Of a stretch of DNA of 64,000 nt, positions 38,720-52,072 are shown piece after piece (within the stretch, counting starts at the first letter, position 1; every line of letters begins with the position of its first letter). The translations under genes and the position numbers were made by a program. Under the pieces are notes generated by a model. The model did no database searches and was not told the DNA's origin. It saw nothing but the letters and a program-made list of their open reading frames with translations. Origin of the DNA: the human T2T-CHM13v2.0 reference genome, Homo sapiens; NCBI RefSeq assembly GCF_009914755.1, contig NC_060937.1; one strand, written 5' to 3'.

Positions 38720-41700
38720 ATATTTGGGAAATCCGTGTTTCTGGATAGTTTATTTGTATATTTTGAAACAAAGTTATTAAAATCTACAAATTTGCTGTTA
38801 CTATATATTTCTGTTAAGATGAAAGTTCTTTTATGAAACTAATGACTCACAGTATCTCTAATAATGCTTTTATATCAACATCTATTTTTTATCATTTATT
38901 TTCCAGCGTTCTTTGGTTAGTATCAGTATTTTCTTGGTATAATTTTTTTTTACTTATTGTTATTTGACTCTATGTGTTCTTATAATTTTAGTAGCTTTGC
39001 TATAAGCAATGAAAAACTTACTTTTTGAATTCACCTGGCATATTTATCTTTTATCTCAAGAATTTAGTACATTTATATTGATTTGCAAGTCTATGAAGTT
39101 TATGTTTTCTGATTTTCAAGATCTTCCTATGCATCTGTTTTCATTGTAGAGCCACATAACAAGCCTCAAGAGGAGCTAATCTCAGTTTAAATTGTAAGTA
39201 AAAAGAAAAAAACAAGAAAACATAACGGGACAAAACAAACAAACAAGCAAAGAAACAAACAGCATCTGACTTTTTAACTGAGAATTGGCCTTACCCTAAT
39301 GGAGAAGAGAGAGTGTTATCTTGTGAACATAAACAATTTCAAAGACTATCAACATGGTATAAAGTCACTTGTTAAGTGTGATGATGTATGACCTCATAAT
39401 ACTATCTGAGCACAAAAGAGAACTGAAAAGGACAACTGCAGATCCACTAACAGCAAGTTTTTATTTCCTTTGGGACTCAGTACTTGGCTAAGTGCAATCC
39501 TTGTTCCTGTAACTTTAAAAGCTTAGTGTTTTTTGCCCAGTGAATCAGTTGTTTTCAATAGCAACCTCCCTCCACTATTTATCAGCTAAATTTTGGTGAT
39601 GAAACTGTCATGACATTATTACTTTTACTTTCTTACCATCGGTTAGATGGATCAAAAAGTTCATTCTTTGCTAGTTTATTTATTCATAATTTTGAGTTTT
39701 TACATTCTACTCTTTTAATGATTCCTCCAGAAATTGAATATGCATATATTTAAAAGCCTAAATTTGATGCATATTTTATTTTACAGTTAGCACTTTACTA
39801 AATGTATACTATTATTATCTAGCATTTTAAGGCTATTTTATTTTATTTTTTTAAGTCTATTTTGATTAACCCTGTTATTTAGATATTTACTATCATTTTT
39901 ATATATCTAATAATTACTTAGACACACCTATAATTTTCATTTTCTTGAATATTTACTACATCTCAGAAATTATTTGAAAGTATTTTTCTTATTTGTGAAT
40001 CGTATATTTAGACATATTTTAAATGCGTATTTATTGGTAGCAAACTTAGATTTTCATTTAATTTGAAAATATCTTTCCTCTACCTTTGTTTTTATTCAGA
40101 CAGCTAATAAACAACAGATTGAATATGGTTTTTTTCTAATGGATTATTTATTAAGCATTTCTGGCTTTTGTTGTTGTTTTTAATTACCTATTAACCTAAT
40201 TGGTATTTCCTTCCTCATAATCTGTTATTTCTTTCTTATATGACCTGCTAGTTGTATTAGCTGTTCAGCCGATATAGAGATATATCTAGGAGTTGATATT
40301 TTTATTCTGCTTCCTTTTGTACTTTCTGGATATTAGGATTTATCCTGTTCACCATTTGAGTCAAATTCTAAGGTAGTATCTTTTCACATTTTATGTTTCA
40401 ACCATTCTCTTTATTTTTACATTATAGAATACCAGTTAAATATATGTTAAAATTTCACACTTCATTCACCATGGCCCTTACCGTTTTAATATATTTTTGC
40501 TTTTTGTTTGTTTGTTTCTAATGCTCTATTTTCTAGTTAACACTCTTTTCAAAAGTGTCTAGTCTGCTCTTTAAACATTCTTAAATGCCTCATTCATTTA
40601 TGGAAGTACATTCTAATTCTTTCTAAACTTACACATTAAATTTGATAATCTTTTATATTTCACCAAAGTTTTAAACTCCTCTGACTAGCATGATTAAACT
40701 TTGTGCTTGACATAATTTTAGGCTAGCTTGAGTAGGACAGTCGAGCCTTGGAATTTATGTGAACTTGCCACATTATAATTTGTTTGGTCCATCTCACACA
40801 TAGGCTTCAGTCCCCTGTGCCTAATCACACTCTTTTCTGTGATTCCATATTTAACATGTTTTTTTTTTATGTTTCAAGGAGCCCCCTAGATAGTCCTCAG
40901 CATCTCCTTTACTCTTTCCACAACCATCTTTTCAAAGTCTCAGCTCATATAAGCTCAGCCCACACCCACCCATTCCCTGAGACATTTCTGGCTGAGGCTA
41001 TAAATGCCTCATTATGACACGAGTCTTCCTTCCCTTACTGAAATAGTTTTTCAAATAAGATTTCTCTTTAAGCCCCGATTTGCTTTAATTTGACATATCC
41101 TTAAATCTTAATATATATAACAAAAATATAATATAGATTCCATTTCTGATATTCTTCCAATATTTTAATGTTGCATTGATTTTCTAACAGAGTGGGTAAT
41201 CATTAATGATGGATTTTTTCCTCAGGTATTTTGTAATTTTTAATAATGAATACTATTTTTCTTGTAATGATGGTTTAAAAAATCATTTAACAGTTGTGTT
41301 TGTGTGTGAAAGTGAATGGAGGGTGTTTGCCTGCTTCTGCCTGGTGTCTGTGCTCTAACAAATTAAGAGTTTAAACTATTTATAACTTTTTGAACTAGGA
41401 TATCTCAGGTCATATAGGAAGTATGAATTTTGGCTTTCATACTTAACATAAATGAGGAATTGTGATTATGAATTCTCCAGGAAAACTTCAGTACATATTC
41501 TCACAAGTTCTGTTCCACAAGGAGCAAAAATTCAGAAGTGCAACTATTGTTTTCCACAGTTCTGCAGAATTTTTCAGAATTTGTGTCCCATTGAGAACAT
41601 GGCCTTAATGAAGGTCCTGAATGTAGGTCAGAGGAACCAGATGACTCTCCATATTGCTCAAAATTGTTCCCATCACCCAGGTGGGGATAAAGAAAAGCTA

Positions 41701-41905
41701 GCTTCCACTTAACCTACGATTGGCAGCCACCATGTTGTAGGGTGTGTCATCGTTTCTGCAATCTGCCTTTCATTGTTTACCTCAGCCTAGTTGAAGAGCA
41801 GACAGGCTGTAAGATAATTTTTAAAAATGTTTTAAACACTTCTACTACTTATTAGGGAGGGGTGATGTCTCTACTTTTACTTAGATGCCAAAGTCCAGAA
41901 TTGAC
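38720..41905 (-). mobile_element. Very old L1M(E/D)-type relic, fragmented; boundaries approximate
   Basis: T-rich strand with L1M-like phrases (tttgtatattttgaaac, ttctttggttagt, tggtagcaaact, tttgaaaatatcttt, ccattctct). Confidence 0.45.
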
Positions 41906-42594
41906 TGTGATAAGGAAGTTTTTTCCTTAGCTATTTGATGTTTTGCCTGTCTTAAACCTATTACTACCATTTTGCATTTAAGTAAGATGCTGTAATTTTT
42001 ATGGCTAATGGTTATAGCAAAAGAGTTCAAAAATACATTAAAAAGTGATAAAAAATATCTTCTTAAGCTATCAAAAAAACTTTGTAGTAATAGAGATATA
42101 CTTTATAAATGTACAAACCTTGCTTTGTGTTTTGGTTTTCTGATATACATTCAGATTAAAATGATTTTAATAGCATGTTTCTTAGAAAAATTTTTGAAAA
42201 TAGGTTGGAAAAATCAGTGGGTAGAATTTGGTTATATTTAATATAGTATGATTTAATCCTATTATATTTAAATCATTAGTTCTATATTATATATATATAA
42301 TTATCTAGTTTAGCTTGTTGAATTTTCTGCACAGAATCATGTTTCATAGTATGTTACATTCAGCAGAGCCTTTATAAATTGCAATGCTATCTACTACTAA
42401 AGTTTCGCTAATTCATGAAGATAAATAGGATTATTCAACTACTTCCAAAATTATGTGTGTGCATAAATGCATGTATATATGTGTGCATATGTGTATATAT
42501 GAAATATATATTAAATTATAATATATAATTACACATATTATATATCATATGTAACATAATATATAATTATTCTGATCTAATTTTTTCCTTTAGC

Positions 42595-43640
42595 TACTAT
42601 CTTACTTTTCTTCGACTCTCTTGAGCTTTCCATTTCACTAAAGGACAACTCTATTATTTTAGTTATTCAGGCTAAAAATCTTGGCATCATTCTTGACCAG
42701 TTTCTTGTTTTCAGAGTCTACATTCAGTTTATAAGTAAATTCTGAAAACCTTAATTTTACATAGCGAGGATTGACCCATTCCCCTTCACCCACATTTCCA
42801 CCACTTGAGCATGACACCTTTTTTCTTGCCTGAATCATTGGCATAGCCTCTTACCTGATCCTCGTGATTTTGTCCTTGCCATAGTAATGACGTCAAATTC
42901 TGTCTAAAAATTCTTAAAACATTCCTTCTGGCTGTCCACTTCACTTAGAATTTACTTGAAGTCTTTTCTGTGATCTTCAGTGTGGAACATTACCTGCTCT
43001 CCTCTTCTTAGTATCCTGATTTCTTCTTTATCCTCTCTCTTTCATTCAGTTGTTTCCAGCACACTGGCTTCTGACTCTACCTTGAATATGCTAAATGTGT
43101 TACAACTCCAAGGTTGTTGCTTTTTGTATGTCTCCTTGGAATGCTCTTATTCCAAACACTCTATTACTAGATTACCCACTTCATTGTTTAACTCAGAAAC
43201 GCACTCTCTGGGAAGCCTCTTTCAGACATCCTATCTAAACTGTCAAGTCCCCTCTACCACATACGTAATTTATATTTCTTTGGCCTACTTTTCTTCTTGT
43301 TTTTTTTTGAGATGTGGTCTTACTGTGTTGCCCAGGCTGGTCTTGAACTCCTGAATTCAACTCCTGGCCTCCCATAGTGCTGGAATTACAGGTGTAAGCC
43401 AGTGCAACCGGTCTCTTTGGTCTACTTTGGCACTTATTAAGATCTAAAATTTGGTATTTTTACTTAATGTTTCTTGTTTATTTTGTCTCCATTATTAGAA
43501 TATAAGCTACATCAAAGTGGGGTTTTTCATTTCCTCTATTTTAGAATCTATCGCCATTTTAGTACTTAGAAGAATGCCTGAGGCATGAATGATTTTCAAA
43601 AATACTTGGCTAATTGAATAAATGAGTCAGTGAATTAGAT
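42595..43640 (+). mobile_element. L2a-type 3' portion
   Basis: ttcaggctaaaaatcttggcatcattcttgac...tccagcacactggctt...tagaatataagct...aatgcctg...ttgaataaatgag. Confidence 0.78.
43298..43413 (-). mobile_element. Alu monomer (FLAM-like) in L2
   Basis: gagatgtggtcttactgtgttgcccaggctggtcttgaactcc...gtaagccagtgcaaccgg; TSD tctttgg(c/t)ctacttt. Confidence 0.85.
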
Positions 43641-43659
43641 TGATAGATTGCCTCTTTAT

Positions 43660-45060
43660 AGACTGAAAATAATTGTCCATAGAAATTTTGAAGAATATGC
43701 TTCACTATTTCTTTACTTTTAGTATTGGTAGGAAGTACTACAACCTGCTTCTTTTATCCCTACTCTGACCTTAGAGATTTCTCCCAAAACTCGGATGAGT
43801 TTAGAGTTTTGTTTTAATGTTGTCACGTTTTCCATTAGTTTAGGTTTTTCTTTGTTTATTCATTTGCTTGATGCTTAGTGGTGGGCAATTTTATTCAAAA
43901 ACAAATGTCTTTGAATTGCAGTAATAAAACTAAATTCCTTGAAAAAGCCTTGTCTATCATGTTCTCTACTCTCTCTTTCTGGATTTCTTATTCATGACAT
44001 GATATAACTCCTGCACCTGTTCCCTAATTTTCTTGTCTCATCTCTCCTCTTTTCAATTGCTTTGCAGTTTTGTTCTCTAGTCTGCCATATATTCTCAACT
44101 TTATATGCCAACCATTATCTTCACTTTTTTCATTACACAGATCACGTTTCACTTTCAAAGGCATCTTTAAGTGTTTGCTGAATGTTTTACTCTACAGAGC
44201 GTTTAATATCCCTCCCTTTTGAGGATATTAAGTATTTTTAAGCTTTTTTTCTGCTTCATACATCATCTGTTTCCTCAGCGTTCTTTCGTTGTGTTATTAT
44301 TCTTTCATCTTAGAGGCTTTTTTCAATTGGCCAGTGATTTCTGGTTCTCTGCCCGTAGTTGCAAATGAAGAACTCTAAAATTGCCCAGAGACTCTGTGTG
44401 AGCACAGACAAAGGTTAGATGGGAACACTTCTAAAGACTAATCTCCCTGGACATTGACTAAAAATAGCTGTGATTCATTATCTCTGATTAATTCCCTAAA
44501 GAGAATTCCTCCATTGACCTTCCTGTGGATGAAGACTTGGGTGTCTAGTATTAGAAGGAGCTGAGCACACAAATGCTTGGCCCCCTCAACTTTCAGTGTG
44601 TAACTCTTTACTAATTTCTCTGTTTTCAGCCTGGATTACTGCCATCAGCAGTGTTTAGTGCCTTCAATAGGACACCTGCTGTTCAAATTTTCCAGAGAAT
44701 AAAACGCCAACCTAGATGCATCAAGCAAGGAAGTTTTAATTCCACATATGTCCACATTTTCAAGATTATCGGTGGCAGAAATTCCTGTGAATTACTAGGG
44801 TACTGCAATGCAGACTTTTTCCCTGCCAGCTTAAATCTCAGGTTTTTCCAATCTGATAAATGAATTACCATTTGTGCATTTATCACCAGCTTCCAGGATT
44901 TTGTTTATGATACCTTTTTCTCTTGTCTTTTTGACCTTGTGAATTTTGCCCCCTCTCCCTCAACCCACCATCTTAATATCTCCTTTATCTTACATTATTG
45001 GAATTTTAGGAAAGATCAAATTAAAACTGGGTATGTATCTGCAATTTTAAGTGACATCTG
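43660..45060 (-). mobile_element. Old L1M/HAL1-like relic; boundaries approximate
   Basis: T-rich decayed LINE-like sequence (tctctttctggattt, ttctcaactttatatgccaacc, tctgcaattttaa). Confidence 0.35.
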
Positions 45061-45170
45061 ACCCCTGCCACTTATTTTTTTCATTGATAAGCAGGAAAAG
45101 ATTTAATTATTTCCTGCCCTGAATTCTAAAACAAAGCAGTTCTCATAAAAAAAAAAAGAGTGTTAGGTTA

Positions 45171-45609
45171 TGTCTTAGTTACCTTGGGCTGCTATAACCA
45201 AATACTATACACTGGATGTCTTAAATAACAGAAATTTATTTCTGATATTTCTGGAGTCCAGGTTCAAAGTACCAGCTGATTTTGTTCCTAATGAAGTCTC
45301 TCTTCCTGCCTTGCTGATAACTGTCTTCTTTGCTGTGTCTTCACATGGCCGAGAGAGAGAGAGAGAGGGAAGGAGAGAGAGACAGATAGAGAGAGAGACA
45401 GAGAGAGAAAGAGAGAGACAGAGACAGAGAAACAGCTCTGGTCACTTGCTCTTCTCTTAAAGACACTGACTTCATCATGCGGGCTCCTCTCTCATGATCT
45501 CATCTAAACCAATTACCTCCCAATGGTGGCGCTTCCATGTATCATCACACTGGGGATTAGGGATTCTATATTTGAATTTTGGAGTAGCACAAACATCCAG
45601 TCTATAGCA
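45171..45609 (-). mobile_element. MLT1A-type MaLR solo LTR with expanded (GA)n
   Basis: tgtcttagtt...gggctgctataacc...cagtctatagca; perfect TSD ggtta; (GA)n at 45351-45430. Confidence 0.9.
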
Positions 45610-48600
45610 GGTTAGTTGAAAGTTACATTTTACAATTTGAATTTAAAGACATTAATATTGTATATTGATACATATTTTTCATGCTTAAATGGATGTCCCT
45701 GTCCTCTTTTTCAGACATTATGGTAACTTTACACATGTCTTACATTCTCTTTAGCCAAGATAAAACAAGGACAAAAATCAGTGTTAAGAATAAAATGTGA
45801 AAAAATGAAAGCTAATAGTTTAAACAAGAATCCTAGAACGTAAGTTTTAATTATTTCCCAAATAGCAAACACAGGCCTCTAAAATGAATTCTCAAGTGAC
45901 TTCCTTGCTTTCTCCTGAGAGAATGAAATTAAAGTCTACTTTATAGAGAGAGCACTTTGTTATAAAATTAATTACCTTAATTATGTGTCTTTTTATAGAT
46001 TAGCTTTAATTTTGGGAATCAATCCTTTAATGCATTTATGACTAGGCAGAATTCAAGAGTTTAATTTGATACCAAATGTTCTGACTGTCTTAAATCTAAG
46101 TTGGCAAATTATTTACTTTATATTTTGAAAACAATTTTTTAAATTAAGTACGCACATCCTTAGGTAACTGTGTAACATTCTTATTCTAACCAAAATTTGA
46201 ACGTTATTACATAGCATAAAAACTTGTTTTTCAGTGGCATCATTAGTAAAAATTATGTTATTTTATTTACATATCACTTAAGTGCCAAAATGCATTTTTA
46301 ATGCAATAGTCCAGCTTACTCTATGGGGCCTTATGCTACATTAGCATCATTATGAAGGAAGAAACCAAAGAGGGAAGACAGAGACAGCATGAGAGAAAGA
46401 GAAAGAGAGAGAGAGAAGTCTCCAATTTCATCTTTTATATGAATCTTTATATATCTATAATTTAAAAGTACATTGACATTAAATCACTTTAATTTTGTCT
46501 CTAAAGGACTTTAGTTGGAAGAATATTAAAATATATTGTCTTTATTTCACAGAAAGATAAACTTAAGCTCCTGAAAATGAATTATTAGCCCAATATTATA
46601 TTGGGAAAACATGGTTAAAACTGTATTCGATTTAAACTGTTTTTTAAAGTATTAGTCAAAGGTTTTTTCAGTAACATGTGAACACTGTTTATTATACATT
46701 TTGATACTGGCATCCTATATTCTTTAAATTATAATACACACAGGATAAGATATAATTTTAAAATATTGACTATTCCTCCAGGTCCCTAAATATCCACATT
46801 TACCTGCTTACCAGTTTTAAAATTTGCATCAGCTTTAATAACAAACACCTCAAGAATGTTCAAATATGAAATATTTTGATTTTAAAAAGGTAGGAATTCA
46901 ATCTAGTGATTTTAAAATTTTCATTTACTTTCTTCCTCAGAAAATCCCGCATTGTTTGCCATTTTAGGGTACCTTAAAAGGAAACATTAAAACCATTTCT
47001 CACTAGTCTAGTAGGTAAGTTTATTTCAATTCCTACATACAATACTTTTGGTGGCAGAGACACCCTTAGGGTTAAGCAGAGGACGCAGCTTTGGGTCAGT
47101 CACATTTTCTAATGTGGGAACTGCCTCTTTACAGAATCAGAAAGACATGTCTCTGCTTGGATTCTGATTTTTGTGCATTTCTCCTATTGAGAAGTCCCTT
47201 CAAATAGCTATGGTTCAGAAGGGAATTGGGGAAACGACAGAGCATTTATTTTAATACAAGCACTTAGCCTGACTTTCTTGACTAGATCCAAGGGACTAAA
47301 GTGGCACCAAATGGAGGAACTTTACAATGTGAGTTATTAGCCCAGCTTCGAAAAGTGCACCAAGGACAGAAACCATTTCAGTTTTACTGAAATCGCTGCT
47401 TAGCTCCAAAATACCTTCTATCATCTGAGTGAAACATAGTTCAGAGTAAGTCAGACAGAGGATAGCAAATAAACAAAAAGGCTCAGTAAAGCATATCGAA
47501 AACAGACTGATATGAAAACCCAGTATGTGTGCCAATGTGGCTCTCCGAGGCTCAGTGAACACAAATTTAACTCAGGTCAGCAATTCCATCAGCAATTTCT
47601 ATTTTGCTATAGCCACAAGCTACCTGACATAAACGCAGTGATGTCCAACACAGATTCTTGAAAAGGTAAAACTTGAAAAGAAAGAACCAAGAAAATGTAT
47701 AGGAAACTTCATTTTTCAGGTGCACTTTAAAAAGCTGAACAGGAGTTGGAAGTAATCTTTCCATGTTGCATTGAAAAGCTAAAGCAGGTTAAGAGGAAAC
47801 ACCCCAATTTGAGATTAAAATAGAATCATTGCTGTCTTGGTTGTTTAATGTCTTCTACAATATAAATATTTAAATTAGTTCATATTTGATTATTCCTTAA
47901 ATTTATTACCTTGGATTTAAAAAGAATAAAAGGGTATCCACAGACTCTGTTATGCTGGCTTTGTTTTACTTCTATCACATTTTTTTCAATTTTTCATATA
48001 TGGAGTTGTTATAGCTGTCCCCAAATACCCCTTATTTCCCCATCATTTCTCTGATCTGAACCGTACAAAATAGTGAAGACGGTGTTTGCATTGACTTAAC
48101 TAATCAAACCATTTACTTTCAATTCTCATTTTTTTCAGGGAAGATGGATGTTTGCAGTGATAAAGGATCAGTTAACATAACCCTCTTGCTTCTAATTTAA
48201 TAACTCTTTTTTCCAAAACGATAACAACAAATGTTTCTGGCATTTTTTTTTGCATTTCATGTAATTAAATATATATGTATACTACCCACAAAATTGTTAT
48301 TTCTTACTAAAACGGTTGCATTGTTTCTTTCATTGCTGTTAAGGTACCATACTTTATATCTGAAAATCTCTTAAACTTTCCTGATGCCTCTTCCAAATGA
48401 GTAAATTATATTAGACTAGAATTATTGTAAATGCCAGTTTCACTTCCTTTTGAAAGATTAGGCAAGAAAACTCTTTTTATTTAATCATTCAATTGCTAAT
48501 TATTCTCTGTTCATATTTTTCTGTATTATAATACTTACAATGAGGTCTTGGAAAATGCTCATTTCAAATATTGATTATTATCAGGAAAAATCTCGTGTTC

Positions 48601-48689
48601 TCAGAAAGACTCTCCATAAGACCTCCAATGGAAAAAATATCTTTCTGTGTATGTCATAGTTGTTTAGTAATTAATAGATAAAAGGAAAA

Positions 48690-48990
48690 AAATGCCGCCT
48701 TTTCCCTTGGGTTTTTTTCTTTCTTGTTGTTGCCGTTGTTGATTTTGTGCCTGTCTTTCTGGCTTGCCTTTAAACGGCTTTAGGCATGGCGACACGCGTT
48801 AACTCCAAAAAGCGCTCCTTGACGAGCTCAGGTAGTTCGAATAAAGTGACTCAAGAAAGTGAAAAATGTTCCTGTTGTGTTTGATGCTTTTGAAATTTTC
48901 CATGTCATGATGGTTTGCCCGAGGACATACTTTCTCACTTTCAGAAAGTTGTTTTGCCACACCTGCCAACGGAGTCCTTCGACAAGTTTC
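48690..48990. promoter_or_regulatory. Candidate regulatory element (CpG-enriched unique sequence)
   Basis: 12 CpGs in about 300 bp against a CpG-depleted background; RFX-like half-site CATGGCGAC (48785-48793); AP-1 TGACTCA (48847-48853). Function is inferred only. Confidence 0.4.
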
Positions 48991-49947
48991 TTTTTATAGT
49001 GCTTTTACAGAATATTGTGCCAAGTTGAGTTGAAGTTTGCTAAAACTTTTACATTTTTTCAAGCAATAACCCTTTATCTTGATTTCATTTTATGGTAAAA
49101 AGCTGGTATATTTCTTGATGTATTTCAGAAGGTATTAAGCAGGTATTCTGTACTTCCCTCATGATCATAGAGTTCACTCATCAAACCACTGCATTTGGAA
49201 AAACGAGTGATAAACAGTAAGATTTTTCTTTCTTTCTTTTAAATTTTACTCGAGAGATTTAAATCGTTTTTAAAGATTTTAACCTTCAGCAATGTGTACT
49301 TTATTTTGTGGTAAAAGAGTTTTTTCTGTATTATGCCTTTTGATAGATATCATACTTAAGTATTGTATAGGAGAATGTATAACATTAATTACTGCCTACT
49401 CTGTGGCAGGCATTAGATATGATTTAAAGTGCATCATCTCATTAAACCCTAAGGATATCACTTGAGTATATGAAGCTTTTTTAATAATTAGAATCAGGGG
49501 TATGAAACATGTAAGCCAATTGTCCAAAGACAGATTTGGTTAATGTCGTTTTTATTTCAAGTTTACATAATTGCCAAAAAGATTCTTTTCTTGACTTCAT
49601 ATCATTATTGATGTGGTAATTCCTATGTAACACTGACATTGCGATGACTACATAGGAAAACTTCTCGGGCTCCAAGGCTCTATGGGAGATAGATGTTTGG
49701 TGGTGATTTAGAGAAATTATGTTGTGCTTTCTCATGAGGTACCCTTCTTACCCTCGATAAAAGTAAGAAACAGACTTCTCATTACAATCTCATTTAAACA
49801 TTTTCTCCCTAGGCTAAATCACCACAAAGCACACAGACACATAAAAATCAAGTTGGAACAGAAAAGAGAGCAATTGAATGAACCAAATATTTCAATTTCC
49901 AAGGAAACATCATTTTTTTTTCCCCAGGGAAAATAAGTAAAACCAGT

Positions 49948-50375
49948 AGAGTGGATCCACATTTTTCACAGATTCTGTAATTACAAATTCCCATGCTTAC
50001 TAACATTTCTGTGGGGTCCCCAGATCACACTCATGGTGCTTTTGTGGTCACTTTAGGACATGCACAAAGTGGCAAAAATTTTTAATCACCGGACATGCAT
50101 GTTCCCAGCTAATATCACATAAGGCGATTCTCCGTCTTCTTGTTCCAGCTCTCATACTGAAACCTGTCCTTTTTTAGTGTATTTAGTACCTTGCTTTTGC
50201 ATTTTTGTGCTTTTTGTTAGTGATGTCATTGTTTAAAATGGCCTCCAAGCAAACAGCTGAAGTACTGTCTAGCATCCCTAAGCACAAGAAGGCTGTGAGA
50301 TGCCTTATGGAGAAAAACACTTTTCAGTAAGATTTGTTTAGACATGAATTATAGTGCTATTGATTATGAGTTCAA
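49948..50375 (+). mobile_element. MER82 (Tigger-family) left part
   Basis: gttcccagct...cttcttgttccagctctcatactg...gtttaaaatggcc...aagcacaagaaggctgtg. Confidence 0.85.
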
Positions 50376-52072
50376 ATTTTAAATTATATATTGACAAATT
50401 ATTGATGCATATATTTATGGGGTACAAAGTGATATTATGGTTTTTGAATACAATTTGGAATAAATCAAATAAGGCTAATTAACCTATCCATCACCTCAGG
50501 CTGAGCTTGCCGTGAGCTGAGATTGCGCCACTGCACTCCAGCCTGGGCGACAGAGTGAGACTGCGTCTCAAAAAAAAAAAAAAAAAAAAAAAACAACCAT
50601 ATCCATCACCTCAAATATTTAACATTTTTGTGATGAGAAGATTTTAAACTTAATCTCAGTGATTTTGGAATGTACGATACTCAATTATTATCTATATCTA
50701 TCATGCTATGTAATAGATTTTGTTTAAAAAAAGAAACAAACTTATTCTTCCAATCTAACTGAGGCTTTGTGCTTTTTGTTTATCATCTCCCCATTGCTCC
50801 CAACCCCCAGCCTCTGTTAACCAGAGTTCTACTCTGCTTCTAGGAGTTCAGGTGTTTTAGGTTTCATATATAAGTGAGAACATGTAATATTTGTCTTTCT
50901 GTGTTTAGCTTGTTTCACTTAGTGTAACATTCTCCAATTCTGTTCATGTTGTGGACATAAATGATGGAATTTCATTCTTATTTACAGCTAAATTGTATTC
51001 CAATGTATATGTGTAACACATTTTTTATCCTTTTACCTGTTGATCCACACTACTTTTGATTCCATAATTTGACTATTGTAAATAGTGCTGCAATTAACAT
51101 GGGAGTGCAGACATCTCTTTGACATAGAAATTTCAAATATTTTGAGTAAACACCCAGGAGTAGGATTTCTGAATTATATGGTGATTCTGTTTATAGATTT
51201 TCAGAGAAATCTTCATACTGTTTTTCATAATGGTGTACTAATTTACATTCCCACCAACAGTATACAAGCATTCCCTTTTCTCTACATCATCACCAACACT
51301 TGTTATCTTATGTATTTTTGATAATAGTTATTCTAACAGGTGTGAGGTGACATCTCATTGTGGCTTTCATTTGCATTTCCCTAATGATTAGTAAAGTTGA
51401 ACATTTTTTCATATATCGAATATTCATTCATATATCTTTTTATTGAAAAAAATATTTATTCAGGTTTCTTACCTACTTCTTAATCAGATTATTTGATTTT
51501 TTCCCATAGAGTTGAGTCCTTATATATTTTGAATATTAATCACATGTATGGCTTATAAATATTTTTTTTCAAATGCATAGATTGTCTCTTCAGTCTGTTA
51601 ATCATGTTCTTTCCTGTGCAGAAGCTTTCTATTTTGATGTAAACCAATTTTCTATTTCTTACTTTGGTTTCTTGCGCCTTTGTGATCAAACTTAGAAAGA
51701 CCAATGTTGTATGTTTTTTCGCTATATTTTCTCCTAATAGTTTTATAGTTTCCAGTCTTATGTTTAAGTCTCTAAACTGTTTTGAGTTAATTTCTGTATG
51801 TGATGTGAGATAAGGGACTAATTTCATGCTTTTAAATGTGGATATTTAGTTTTCCCAATACGATTTATTAAAGAGACTGTTTTCCATTCTATATTCCTGG
51901 CACCTTTGCCCAAAATCAATTGATCATAGCTATGAGGGCTCATATCTGGACTCCTTATTTCCTTCCATCGGCTGATGTGTCTCTGTTTATGCCAGATTGC
52001 TAGTTGATTATTTTTTGGGGGGGGTGTGAAGCTTTAGACCTCCTATTTTGCTATCTTGGTGATAACACAATG
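50376..52072 (-). mobile_element. L1MA-type LINE with large internal deletion, inserted in MER82
   Basis: 3' UTR and ORF2 C-terminus at 50376-51995; L1 5'-terminal motif ctatcttggtgataacac at about 52051-52068; TSD atgagttcaa at 50366-50375 and 52073-52082. Confidence 0.85.
50499..50593 (+). mobile_element. 5'-truncated AluY-like insertion (about 70 bp plus poly-A)
   Basis: gagcttgccgtgagctgagattgcgccactgcactccagcctgggcgacagag; TSD tatccatcacctca. Confidence 0.9.

Noticed and set aside
47296-47764. Two consecutive hydrophobic minus-strand ORFs (88 and 65 aa)
   Set aside because: No recognisable homology or splice structure; Phe/Leu richness follows from the T-rich strand
48120-48175. Acceptor-like ttttttcag followed by ATG
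   Set aside because: No downstream GT donor or extended ORF
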